Shown here one piece after another: positions 33,414 through 42,660 of a DNA stretch of 51,570 nt; positions within the stretch are counted from its first letter, which is position 1; each line of letters opens with the position of its first letter. The notes under the pieces are model-generated. The model made no database searches and was not told the origin of the DNA. It worked only from the letters and a program-made list of their open reading frames with translations. The stretch is from a virus. Lineage: Duplodnaviria > Caudoviricetes. The stretch lies in the IMG/VR virus record IMGVR_UViG_3300034142_000033, positions 1 to 51,570 of that record; one strand, given 5' to 3'. The position numbers and the translations under genes are program-made.

Positions 33414-34102
33414 TTGCCCGCCTCCATCCTGTCGAGCAGGCCGCGCTCGCTGCGCCAGCCGAACCGGTGCGCGTCTTCAGCCGTGCTCAGCCGCGCCTTG
33501 CTACCGGGCGGAATGCCGCGAAGCGGCTGCGGCGCCGCGCCCTTCATCCAGAAGAACCAGGCATAGGCCGTGGCGCTGGACGCCGCCGGGTCCCAGCGCC
33601 CGAGCGTCATCGGCACCCGCTCGGCGAACGGGCAGCACAAGGTCAGCGGCTGCGGGCCGTGGAGCAGGCGGTACCGCGCCGTCCCTTCGAGGAAGGCGAG
33701 CCGCAGCAGCAAGGCGACCCCGCGCCGCGCCCGCGTCAGGCCGAGGCGAAGGAACTCGGCCGCGGTCCGGAACGGCGGGTTGGTGACGATCCAGTCGGCA
33801 TAGAAGCCGTCGTCCTGCACCGCGTAATCCGGCCCGGCCTCGGCGAGAAAGTCGTAAGGGGCGCCATAGCCGAACGGATGAATGTCGCTTCCAAACACGA
33901 CGAACCGCTCACCGAGCGCCGCCGCCATATGCCCCTCGCCGCAGGCCGGCTCCCACACGCTGCGGGCTTGCGGGTCGAGCAGCGCCAGCACTTCGCCCCC
34001 GGCCCGCGCGGCCCAGGGCGGCGTCGGGAAATAATCGAGCTCGCGCCACAGCGCGGTACGCTCACCGTCGCCCACGACCTCGCCCACAGCCCGTCCAGCC
34101 AT
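33410..34102 (-). CDS. DNA N6-adenine methyltransferase (NPPF type)
   Basis: DYFPTPPW, WEPACGEG, VTNPPF, AYAWFFW. Confidence 0.88.
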   Translation of the reverse strand: MAGRAVGEVVGDGERTALWRELDYFPTPPWAARAGGEVLALLDPQARSVWEPACGEGHMAAALGERFVVFGSDIHPFGYGAPYDFLAEAGPDYAVQDDGFYADWIVTNPPFRTAAEFLRLGLTRARRGVALLLRLAFLEGTARYRLLHGPQPLTLCCPFAERVPMTLGRWDPAASSATAYAWFFWMKGAAPQPLRGIPPGSKARLSTAEDAHRFGWRSERGLLDRMEAGK

Positions 34103-34218
34103 CACCGCGCCGGCACCCTCGGGACGAAGCGGGCTCACCGAGGCCCGGCCCAAAGTAATGGCGGAGCCTCCATCGCCACGCCTGGGGGACGAGGCAGCTC
34201 CGCCATTTTGGGCCGAAT

Positions 34219-34521
34219 TCACAGCATCCTCCACTGCGGCGGCAGGCCCAGAGTGCGCGCGATCGCGTCGTCGGCGCGCTTGCGGATTTCGCACAGCTCG
34301 ATCCGCTCCCACGCCTCGCGGAGGGCCTGCTCATAGGCTTCGATCAGTTCGAGTGCGGCGGGGTCGTAGCGGCAGTCCTCGCACGGGCCGAGCCGCTTCA
34401 GGATAGTGTCGCGAAGGTTGCTCGCCGACTGCCGCTTCCGGCTCTTTCCCCGGGCCCGCACGCAGCGCAGGTGCACGGCTTCGTAACCAGCCTCCTGGAA
34501 CACTTCGGGAGGCGTACCCAT
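34219..34521 (-). CDS. Hypothetical protein
   Basis: Coupled ORF starting MGTPPEV. Confidence 0.55.
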   Translation of the reverse strand: MGTPPEVFQEAGYEAVHLRCVRARGKSRKRQSASNLRDTILKRLGPCEDCRYDPAALELIEAYEQALREAWERIELCEIRKRADDAIARTLGLPPQWRML

Positions 34522-35423
34522 CACAGCAGCCCCCTTTGCGGGCAGGCGTCGGCGGCGGCCGGGTTGAGCCACAGCACCTCGCGCCGCTCGCGCGCGCCGT
34601 CGGCCAGCGCCTTGCGCTCGACCCGCCGCCACGCGCCGTTCGGGTCGCTGGCAAGGGCGCCGTCGTAAAGCTCCGACGGATAGCCCGACAGCACCACCAT
34701 GCCCTTCAGCGTCTTGAGGAAGGCGAGCAGCTCGACATGGTCGGCGTCGGTGAGCTCGTGGCGGTACGTGCCGCCGCCGGGTTGACGGTTGGTCCGCGAC
34801 CGCGTCGTGATCAGATAAGGTGGGTCGACGAAGTTGAGAGTGCTGGGCGCGTCATGAGCCGCCATCAGCTCGAGGGCGTCGCGGTTCTCGATGACGACGC
34901 CCCTCAGCCGTTCGACAACAGCGGCGAGAGCAGCGGGATAGCCGGCCCACTCCCTGGCGACGGATGTCGTGTCGGACTTGCTCGAGCTTGCGCGAAAGCC
35001 GGTCCGGTACGGACTCAGCCCGCCGTCCGAACCATGGCCCAGCCAAGAACGGGTGAGCCACCGCCGCGCATCCTCTACCGGATCTGAGCTCGGCTCATAT
35101 GCCCGATAGAATTCGCTTCGCGCGAACGGCGTCAGTTCGAGCGAGCGAATTAGCCGATCGGAAGCCTTCGGATCGCGGAGCATGGCGAACAAAGCGACAA
35201 GCCGGTCGTCCTTGTCGTTGTAGATCTCCCGGTGGGAGCGTGGCTTGAGCAGCCCGACCGACCAGGCCCCGCCATAAGGCTCGACGTAGCAGCGATGCTC
35301 GCCGAAGAAGCTGATGATCCACGGCGCCAGCAGCCACTTGCCGCCGTGCCAGCGCAGCACCGGCCGGGTGACTCGTCCCAAAGTGCTACTTTGGGACGGG
35401 GAGGGGGAGAGGAGCGCGGTCAC
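34521..35423 (-). CDS. Dam-like (D12 class) DNA adenine methyltransferase
   Basis: RWHGGKW, YVEPYGGA, YND, DPPY. Confidence 0.92.
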   Translation of the reverse strand: MTALLSPSPSQSSTLGRVTRPVLRWHGGKWLLAPWIISFFGEHRCYVEPYGGAWSVGLLKPRSHREIYNDKDDRLVALFAMLRDPKASDRLIRSLELTPFARSEFYRAYEPSSDPVEDARRWLTRSWLGHGSDGGLSPYRTGFRASSSKSDTTSVAREWAGYPAALAAVVERLRGVVIENRDALELMAAHDAPSTLNFVDPPYLITTRSRTNRQPGGGTYRHELTDADHVELLAFLKTLKGMVVLSGYPSELYDGALASDPNGAWRRVERKALADGARERREVLWLNPAAADACPQRGLL

Positions 35424-36441
35424 GCCGGCGCCACCGGCCTTGCGGCGATGGCGGGCATCGCGTCATGGGTCCAGCCATCGAGCAGCCGCCCGGCTGCCTT
35501 TTTGCCGATCGACCAAAGCTGATCATCGGGATCGAAGCGGTGGAAGTCCTCCTGAGCGCCGGCTGCGTCGAACCACCAATCCTGATGCGCCGCGCCGACC
35601 CACCCTGCGAAAGCGGGGCGGCGCCCACTCACCATGGGGCCAAGCGAGACCTGCCCCGCAGGCCCCCATTGACCCATTGCTTGAAGAAGAAGGCGATGCC
35701 GTGCGCGGCGCAGAAATCTCGGGTGTCGCGGTGCCAGTCGGGATGCGACGGCCGCGCCCTCGGGCCGGATTCCCCGCCCGAGATGATCTGCTGGACGAAC
35801 TCCCAACCCGACCAGTCGACCGGCTCAAGGGCAGGCTCGTAGCTGACGAACTTCACCGCAGCCGGGACGGCGCGGAAATCCTCTCGCCGTTCGTCGGCCG
35901 CCGCCTGATCCTCGACCGAGGTGCCGAGCCAGACATTAGGGAGAGGAAAACCTGCCGCGATGATCGACTGCTGGCTGTCTGCGTAGCCGTCGACCACCTC
36001 TAGCGCCGCGAGAACCCACGCGACGTCGCGGTGGGCGGCGGCGAGATAAGCCCGCATACGGTCGGGACGCTTCGTGAGCAGCTGGAAGCTGTGCTGCGAA
36101 GCGAGCGCCATCACGGCGAAGACGCGGTCGAGCATCTCGTCGGTGACGAAGTCGGCGAACAGGTCGGTCATCGACCCGACGAAGATCCGCCGCGGCCGCT
36201 TCCACTTGAGCGGCAGCAGCAGCATGTCCGGGTCGAGCAGGATTTCGACGTCCTCGGGGACGTGGCCGGGCTTGTAGGGCAGCTTGGTGCCGAGCCGGAG
36301 GTTGAAGCTTTCGGCGTAGCAGTTCCGGCACCCGTCGGACTTGTGGACGCAATGCCATCCGAGCCGCCCCGTCGCCCGATTGCGCGCGCGGATCGGGTTC
36401 CAGCTCGCATCCGTCCACTCAATTGCCGAACGATCAGACAC
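35420..36441 (-). pseudogene. DUF5131 (Gp37/Gp68) protein with a 1-nt frameshift near 35674
   Basis: IEWTDASWNP, C..SDGCRNCYA, LLTKRP, GGESG, FFFKQW; the conserved end GKKAAGRLLDG is in another frame, and adding one G restores KQWGQWGP. Confidence 0.75.
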
Positions 36442-36913
36442 CGGTGTGCCTCCGTTCGCGCCGCAGCTTCTCCAGATTGAGGCGATTCAGCTCGACGGCC
36501 GAGATCCCAAGCCGCACGCGCGGCAGCTCGATCGGTGTGCGCGCCCAGACCGGCAGCTGCGTCCGATTGGCGAGCGCCAGCAGCACGTCGCCGTGACAGG
36601 GCTTGCCGTCGAGCGCGCACCAGCAGGCGAGGTCGCGGCCTTCGAGGGCGCCAATGGAGCGGCGGACGCGGCGATAATAAGTCATCTGCTCGTCGACCGG
36701 GAGCCTCCCCCCGAGATCGATGAAGCCCACCGCCAGTTGCCCGAACATCGCGACGCACTGCTCGCGCGTCCCGTCGCGGCCGACGATGAATGGATTGCCC
36801 CAGCGTCCGGGCCGGGCGACGTTGACCGCCCCTTCGGGCAGCCGCCATCCCTTTGCGCGCGAAAGGCGGATGCGGCGAGGCCCTGTCCTGAGCGGGGTCG
36901 AAGGCTCAGCCAT
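36434..36913 (-). CDS. DUF4326 protein
   Basis: VARPGRWGNPF, LEGRDLACWC, CHGDVLL. Confidence 0.85.
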   Translation of the reverse strand: MAEPSTPLRTGPRRIRLSRAKGWRLPEGAVNVARPGRWGNPFIVGRDGTREQCVAMFGQLAVGFIDLGGRLPVDEQMTYYRRVRRSIGALEGRDLACWCALDGKPCHGDVLLALANRTQLPVWARTPIELPRVRLGISAVELNRLNLEKLRRERRHTGV

Positions 36914-37151
36914 CGGCGCACTCCCCGGCCGTCAGCCACTCTTCGTTGCGGGTGCGGAGGAAGGGGACGCAGTCGGCGCCCTCATATTTCATGGCGTCGG
37001 ACGATCGCGCCTCCATCACCCGGAACCGGGTGCCGGCCGGCAGATGGCGCTGGGCATCTGCGACAGCCTCGTCACGGCTGTCATGGCAGCCGGCCCAGCC
37101 CCCATGCTCGTCGTCGCCCTCGGCGAGCCACCACCATGCCCAAGGCGTCAT
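36906..37151 (-). CDS. Hypothetical protein
   Basis: Coupled ORF starting MTPWAWWW. Confidence 0.6.
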   Translation of the reverse strand: MTPWAWWWLAEGDDEHGGWAGCHDSRDEAVADAQRHLPAGTRFRVMEARSSDAMKYEGADCVPFLRTRNEEWLTAGECADG

Positions 37152-38023
37152 CGCAGCACCTCCGTCCCGGCCGTCAGCAGATGCGGTCCCTCGGCCTCCA
37201 TCGCCGTCAGACCCCGCTCGATAGCATCGTAAAGCGCCGTCGCGGGCAGCATGCCCATCGCCCGGCCGAGCGCGACCGCGCGCGCCCACAGCGGCGGATG
37301 GCGCCGGTGCACGGCTTTGATCAGGTCGGCCGGGGTCTCCGCCAGCGCCGTCTGGATTCGCTCGGCGAGGCTCGCCGGGGCCGCCGCGTCGAGCACCGAA
37401 CACACCGTCCCTGTGCTCTGCGCCAGCCGCCGCCGCGCCGACGAAAGCTCCGCCTCCCGCCGCACCGTCTCGCTCAGCGGCTGCGCATCGGCGCCCGCGC
37501 CTTTCGCCACCACCCGCGCATCGGCGGCCCGGCTTCGGCCGACCCTGTGCCGGCCGCTCCGCCTCCGCGCGTGGGCGAGCCCGGCCGCGCCGGTGCGGTT
37601 ATGCGCCTCGCCGGTCGGCGGGAGCGCGCGCCGTTCCGCGGCGCCCCCGCTTCCCGTCTCGGGATACGGGCCCGAGCCTCCGGCCATGGACGCCGCCGGA
37701 TGCTGCATCTTTTTGGGCGCGGCCCCGCCGCCCGCTCCGCCTGGGGGGGCAGTAGCGGCAACGGGCGGCAAAGCCGCGCCCTCGGCCGGCGCCGCGCCGG
37801 CGGGGCTACCCGCCAGCCGCAGCCGGTCGAACTCGATATGTCCCTTCCAGCGCAGCCGCTGCTCGCTGGCTTTGAGTTCGTCGGCGCTGCATCCCAGCGC
37901 GCGGCGAAGCTCGCGCCGCAGCGCCGCCTCGGCCGGCCGTGACCAGCTTCCGGCCGCGCCCTCATTGGCACCGCCCTGCCGCTCGCGCAGCGCCGCCAGC
38001 AGCCTGCGGTCGAGCGCCTTCAT
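37148..38023 (-). CDS. Hypothetical protein
   Basis: Start MKALDRR; low-complexity middle section. Confidence 0.55.
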   Translation of the reverse strand: MKALDRRLLAALRERQGGANEGAAGSWSRPAEAALRRELRRALGCSADELKASEQRLRWKGHIEFDRLRLAGSPAGAAPAEGAALPPVAATAPPGGAGGGAAPKKMQHPAASMAGGSGPYPETGSGGAAERRALPPTGEAHNRTGAAGLAHARRRSGRHRVGRSRAADARVVAKGAGADAQPLSETVRREAELSSARRRLAQSTGTVCSVLDAAAPASLAERIQTALAETPADLIKAVHRRHPPLWARAVALGRAMGMLPATALYDAIERGLTAMEAEGPHLLTAGTEVLR

Positions 38024-38084
38024 GATCTCGTCCCCAAGTGAAGCTTGGGGCCGGGGCAGGCAGGAAGGGCAGAAACCGAGCCCG

Positions 38085-38285
38085 TCATTTTCGGGCCCTC
38101 CGGTGCTTGCGGCGGACGCGCTTGGAGATGTGGAGCCGGTTGGGCCGCTTCTTCGGGGGCGATGACCGGCGCTTGCCTCGGCCGCTTTTTGCCGGAGGTT
38201 CCTCCGGCGCGAGATCAACCCGAGGGGAGAAGTTCGACAGATCGAGCGAAGCGCCAATCGCCGCCAGATAGGACAACCACTTCAT
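38085..38285 (-). CDS. Small basic hypothetical protein
   Basis: Coupled ORF with a K/R-rich C-terminus. Confidence 0.5.
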   Translation of the reverse strand: MKWLSYLAAIGASLDLSNFSPRVDLAPEEPPAKSGRGKRRSSPPKKRPNRLHISKRVRRKHRRARK

Positions 38286-38623
38286 GCCGCTCCCCTCCGC
38301 GCCGCGCCGGGATTGAACAGCGCCCGCGCTTGCTCGTGAAGGCCGGCGCGCCGCGGCCGCCCGGCGCCGGCCGGGCGCGAGCTGCGCACCGCCAGATAGT
38401 CGAAGCCGCCGCGCTCGCGGCGTTGCTGGACCAGGTAGAGCATGCCGCGCGCCTCATGCCGGCGCAGCCGCTCGAGCAGCGCGTGCCCCGCGTCGCCGGC
38501 ATGATAGCCGACATGGTAAAGCAGCCGCGCTCTCGGCTGCGCCGCCGCCACCCAGGCGTCGAGCCGCGCCGCGTCGAGCGGCTTGCCCCCGCTCGCGCCT
38601 GCCGGAATGTGCTGCTGCTCCAT
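38282..38623 (-). CDS. Hypothetical protein
   Basis: AWVAAAQP..YHVG..LVQQR..FDYLA. Confidence 0.65.
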   Translation of the reverse strand: MEQQHIPAGASGGKPLDAARLDAWVAAAQPRARLLYHVGYHAGDAGHALLERLRRHEARGMLYLVQQRRERGGFDYLAVRSSRPAGAGRPRRAGLHEQARALFNPGAARRGAA

Positions 38624-38827
38624 CTTTACCCCTTGGCCCATCACACCGGGCCCGTTCCGGTCCGCTTCACTCGGGGTTACGCCCCCTTCGCCGCCTGCCG
38701 GCCTCAGCTGGTGTCGCCGGCCGCCATTCCTTCGAGGCCCATCACCGGGTTCCCTTCAAAATGATGTTGGAGCTGCCGCTTCGCCCCGAAGCGGCGATGG
38801 AGGCTCCAACATTTTGAAGGGGTCCCA

Positions 38828-39334
38828 TCAAATCCAGCCCTCGGCTCGCGCTTCGAGCCCCTTCTCGATCTCCACCGCGACCTGGACGAGCTCGCGAGCC
38901 TTGCCGAGCAGCTCGGCGGCCCGGCCGCGCGACACATCCTTGTCTTCGGCCAGCCCCTCGCAGAGCCCGGCGACCAAGCTCCCCGCCTCGTGCGAAAGCC
39001 GCGCCGCATAGGCGCTCCAGGCGGCGAGCGACGCGTCGCCGCCGGCCGCGTCGGTCCGGACCGGCACGAACACACCGCCCTGGCGGCTGCACAATGCCTG
39101 GGTGACGTGCGGCCAGCCCGGCTGTCCGACCGTCACGTCCTCCAGCGCCGCGACCTCGTCGATGCGGAGGAAGTCGGGCGTGTTCGGCAGGCCGCAGTCG
39201 CTGATCCGTTGCTGGCGCGTTCCGCACACCTTGGCCGCCGGCACGGTTCCCTGGGCCGCACCGACCAGCCCGCGTGTGGCGACCTTCAGCATCAGCCGGT
39301 CCGGCAGGTGCACGATGGCGCGCCGGTCGTTCAC
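38828..39334 (-). CDS. CII-like regulator
   Basis: Follows Cro; LKVATRGLVGAAQG..GWPHVTQAL..GVFVP. Confidence 0.65.
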   Translation of the reverse strand: MNDRRAIVHLPDRLMLKVATRGLVGAAQGTVPAAKVCGTRQQRISDCGLPNTPDFLRIDEVAALEDVTVGQPGWPHVTQALCSRQGGVFVPVRTDAAGGDASLAAWSAYAARLSHEAGSLVAGLCEGLAEDKDVSRGRAAELLGKARELVQVAVEIEKGLEARAEGWI

Positions 39335-39864
39335 GGTTTCGTCCCGATCTGATCGCCGGTGACGGAGCGTGCGGTAAATTCACCGGCATTACCGCCCGAC
39401 GCCTCGGCATCGGCGGTTACATTGCTCACCGCCATGCCAAGCCCTTGCACCAGCGCTCTACCGCCCATCGCGGCCTCCCCAGTCGAACAGGCTGGGCTCA
39501 GCGTGGTGACGGAAGGCGCGCGGGGGAGGGGGCACGTGCTGGAAGAGGTCGCAGAGAAAGGGCGCGGCGAGGGTCCCTCCGAGACCCTCGAAGCGACTTT
39601 GATGGAGCTCCCACCGCTGAGGTCAACCGACTGCTCAGACGGTCCCGGCTCCGCGACCGCGTCTCTCAGCTTCGCGTCATGCTCGGCCATGAAGGAGGCG
39701 AGGCGGTTCAGCGTGTCGAGATTAGGCGAGCGCCCGTCCCGGATCGACGTCACCAGATTGGGTTCGCCGGTCGCGTCGCGGCCGAGCCGGGAAGGCGCCA
39801 TGCCATGGCGATGAAGGAAGCTGTCGATGCGCTCGACGAGCTGGGCGCGCGTGGGAATGTCCAT
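39331..39864 (-). CDS. Cro-like repressor with low-complexity extension
   Basis: IDSFLHRHGMAPSRLGRDATGEPNLV..GRSP; divergent from CI. Confidence 0.8.
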   Translation of the reverse strand: MDIPTRAQLVERIDSFLHRHGMAPSRLGRDATGEPNLVTSIRDGRSPNLDTLNRLASFMAEHDAKLRDAVAEPGPSEQSVDLSGGSSIKVASRVSEGPSPRPFSATSSSTCPLPRAPSVTTLSPACSTGEAAMGGRALVQGLGMAVSNVTADAEASGGNAGEFTARSVTGDQIGTKP

Positions 39865-39879
39865 GCCGCGCTTTGTGCC

Positions 39880-39961
39880 GTTAGATCAATCTAACAGTCA
39901 AGCAGAAATGTTAGACCACTCTAACATTGATCAGCGACTGCCGCTGTTAGATATTTCTTAC
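39880..39961. promoter_or_regulatory. OR: three operators GTTAGA-N4-TCTAAC with PR/PRM
   Basis: Sites at 39880-95, 39910-25 and 39946-61 (one mismatch); TTGACT -35 on minus, TTGATC-N17-GATATT on plus. Confidence 0.88.
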
Positions 39962-39964
39962 AGC

Positions 39965-40687
39965 ATGGCCGAAGCCGCCGATCCTCCCATCTACACCGCC
40001 TTGGTGCGCGTTAAGCCGGAGGGGCTGACCCTCGGCGGGTGGGCCACCAAGGCCGGCCTTGCGCGCAACGCCTTCAACGATATCAGGCGCCACGGCAATC
40101 CTAAGAACGAAACGCTGGAGAAGCTGCTCGACGCCGTCGGGATCAGCTGGGCCCAGTTCGACGCCGGGCGCGCGCCGGTCCGCACCGAAGTGGCCGGCGC
40201 CGGCGTGGTGGGAGCGATGGATGTCCACCGCGCCTTCTACGGCGAGGCTCCCCTGCCCGATTTGCCGGTGCTCGGCACCGCCTTGGGCGGCGAACTCGCC
40301 CCGGGCGACGACGTCGATCCGCACATCGAGATGACCGAGCTTCACCTCGGCGAGGTGCTCGAATATCTCACCCGTCCGGCTTCGCTGGCCGGCGACAAGG
40401 ATGCCTATGCGCTCACCATCGTCGGAGATTCGATGGCCCCGCGCTTCGAGCCCGGCGAGCGCGCCGCAGTCAGCCCGCGCTACCCCGTCGCGATCGGTGA
40501 CGACGTCATCGTTCAGCTGCGCGGCCTCGAGGGCGAGGATGAGCGCATCAAGATGGTGCTGATCAAGCGCCTGGTGCGCCGCACCGCCACATATGTCGAG
40601 CTCCGCCAGTTCAATCCCGACATCACCTTTCGCATCGAGGCTAGCCGCGTCGCCGCGTTGCACAAGGTCACCGGCCGCCTGTTCTAA
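39965..40687 (+). CDS. CI repressor (HTH + S24 peptidase), probably leaderless
   Basis: ALGG cleavage-site region, GDSMAPRF, IKRL. Confidence 0.92.
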   Translation: MAEAADPPIYTALVRVKPEGLTLGGWATKAGLARNAFNDIRRHGNPKNETLEKLLDAVGISWAQFDAGRAPVRTEVAGAGVVGAMDVHRAFYGEAPLPDLPVLGTALGGELAPGDDVDPHIEMTELHLGEVLEYLTRPASLAGDKDAYALTIVGDSMAPRFEPGERAAVSPRYPVAIGDDVIVQLRGLEGEDERIKMVLIKRLVRRTATYVELRQFNPDITFRIEASRVAALHKVTGRLF

Positions 40688-40697
40688 AGGAGGGTTC

Positions 40698-41477
40698 ATG
40701 CTCGCGTTGGTCATACTTGCTCTTGCTGCCCCCCAGGCTGCCGCCCCGCCCGCGGTTGCCGCCGTGCCGGAAGCAGGCCCTTGCGCACCGATCACGACCT
40801 GCGAAGCGCGTCTGGGCTATGAGGCGCTTAGGCTGCAGACCGCATGGGATGTCGGCTCTGCGACCGAGCGCGCGAAGATACGCGAGGCGATCGCGGCCCA
40901 TACCGCAGCCGGTAAGACGGACTGGAACAAGGCTTCGGACCAGTATTTCGAATGGTGGGGGACACGCCATGCCGAGAAAATGTACGCGGAGCCGAACTGG
41001 GGGGAGCCGGACTGGGGGGCTATGCGGCGCGCTGCGGAAGCCTCCGTCCGCGCCCGTCTGATCGATCCCGAATCGGCTCGCTTCGAATGGCCGAAGGGCT
41101 TCGCGTTCGGCTATTGGAAGCCGTTCCTGAGCAAGCGGATCACCGGCTATTACACGTGCGGCCTGGTCAACTCTCGCAACAGGATGGGCGGCTATGTCGG
41201 CGCCACCGCCTTCGCCGTCGTGGTCGACGAGGGGCAGGTGAAATTCACCGACATCGGAACCGGCCGCAACTATGATTTCACCAGCTCAGCCTGCGCCAAG
41301 ACGATGACGAACCTTCCGGTCCCGCAGCCGGGCATGCTCGACGCAGCGCCCTCGGCAACGGCCGCAGGACCCTCGATCGCCGACGAGATCGCCAAACTCG
41401 CTCAGTTGCGCGATCGGGGCGTGCTGACCCAGCAGGAATTCGACGAGCAGAAGGCGGCGCTGTTGAGGCGGCGCTAG
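40698..41477 (+). CDS. Exported protein with C-terminal SHOCT domain
   Basis: Signal peptide; LIDPESARF..CGLVNSRNRMGGYVG; IADEIAKLAQLRDRGVLTQQEFDEQKAALL. Confidence 0.85.
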   Translation: MLALVILALAAPQAAAPPAVAAVPEAGPCAPITTCEARLGYEALRLQTAWDVGSATERAKIREAIAAHTAAGKTDWNKASDQYFEWWGTRHAEKMYAEPNWGEPDWGAMRRAAEASVRARLIDPESARFEWPKGFAFGYWKPFLSKRITGYYTCGLVNSRNRMGGYVGATAFAVVVDEGQVKFTDIGTGRNYDFTSSACAKTMTNLPVPQPGMLDAAPSATAAGPSIADEIAKLAQLRDRGVLTQQEFDEQKAALLRRR

Positions 41478-41752
41478 CGCTTGAAGTTCAGCACCGAATA
41501 TTTGGCTATCTCGTCGACCGCCTTATCGACGCCCGACAGCGAGGAGCCGCCGAAGAAGCCGCCGCGCACCTCGCCCTGGGCGCGGATCCGGGCGAGCATC
41601 TTGCCGGCCGGATCGACGAAGTCCGCCTCGATCGTCATGTACGAGCCGCCGGCGAGGCCGCCCGTCGCCCAGCGGCCGACCCGGCTGCCTTCGTTATAGC
41701 CGATGAAGCGGTAGCGGATCGTCAGCTCATTGCCGCGTGCGAAGGCGGAAAG
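41474..41752 (-). pseudogene. 5'-truncated DUF4410-like gene remnant
   Basis: Frame LTIRYRFIGYNEGSRVGRW..GEVRGGFFGGS has no start and is preceded by an in-frame TAG. Confidence 0.55.
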
Positions 41753-41772
41753 CTATCTGCGCGACAATGATC

Positions 41773-42126
41773 TCACTGCCACGGCTCGAGCTTCTCTTCC
41801 TCGCCCGGCAGGAACCAGATCGCCCGCACGATCGCTCCGGCGATGCCGAGCATCAGCGCCACCTGGAGCGCGCCGGCGCCGCCCGCCAGCAGCCAGAAGC
41901 GAAGCGCCGCCTTGCCGCCGTCGACGCCCGTCACCTGGCCAAGGATGTCGCGCTCGACCGGGTCCACGATCATTCCGAAGAACAGCACCAGCGCGCCCAG
42001 GCCGGCCAAGGTCCCCGCGCCAACGATCAGCATGCCCCCATCCGGACGGCGGAACGTCCGCCGGGACGGATGCCCCGCCGCGGTCGGTCTGGCGACGGGT
42101 CCTTCGCTCGGTTCGCTGTCGCTCAT
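41773..42126 (-). CDS. 2-TM membrane protein
   Basis: Two hydrophobic segments; GGAGG RBS. Confidence 0.7.
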   Translation of the reverse strand: MSDSEPSEGPVARPTAAGHPSRRTFRRPDGGMLIVGAGTLAGLGALVLFFGMIVDPVERDILGQVTGVDGGKAALRFWLLAGGAGALQVALMLGIAGAIVRAIWFLPGEEEKLEPWQ

Positions 42127-42174
42127 GCTTTGCCTCCGGCACAAGGCTATCGCCCCTTAGCCGCTCCTGTCATT

Positions 42175-42220
42175 GTTAGAAGCATCTAACACCCCTCTTG
42201 ACCTGTTAGATTGATCTAAC
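42175..42220 (+). promoter_or_regulatory. OL: two operators with PL
   Basis: GTTAGA-AGCA-TCTAAC and GTTAGA-TTGA-TCTAAC flank a TTGACC -35. Confidence 0.88.
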
Positions 42221-42255
42221 GTACTCACCTTCTCCGACAGACAGCGGAGGACCAG

Positions 42256-42660
42256 ATGCTCAAGACACCCACTCCATACCCCCAGGTCGGCAGCTACGGG
42301 CTCGTCGATCACGAAGGCGAGCTGCGGCTCGCTCGTATCATTGCTCGCGACGGGGAGCGGGCAACGATCGCGCTGCCGACCCGGTTCGGCGCCGGCGGCA
42401 ACCTCACCCTCGACCTCGCACAGGTCCAGGACGGCACCTCCCTCAGCGACCAAGAGCAGGCCGAATATGCCGAGCTTGAACGCAGGCTCGCCGGCGCCGC
42501 CCGTCCGCGCAAGGCGGACCTCGCCCGCTTCGAAGCCCTCCGCCTCCGCTCGATCCGCAGCGACACGCTGGCCAGCAAGATGCGGCAGGCAGGAGTGACG
42601 GGCTCGCCCGACAGCGCGCTCCGCTCTGCTCTGCCGGGCGCGGAAAGGAAATTCGCATGA
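42256..42660 (+). CDS. First PL-operon protein, unknown function
   Basis: GGAGG RBS, 134 aa. Confidence 0.75.
   Translation: MLKTPTPYPQVGSYGLVDHEGELRLARIIARDGERATIALPTRFGAGGNLTLDLAQVQDGTSLSDQEQAEYAELERRLAGAARPRKADLARFEALRLRSIRSDTLASKMRQAGVTGSPDSALRSALPGAERKFA

Noticed and set aside
37195-37206. gcctccatcgcc matching the loop of the 70-bp element
   Set aside because: It lies in coding sequence and lacks the flanking stems.
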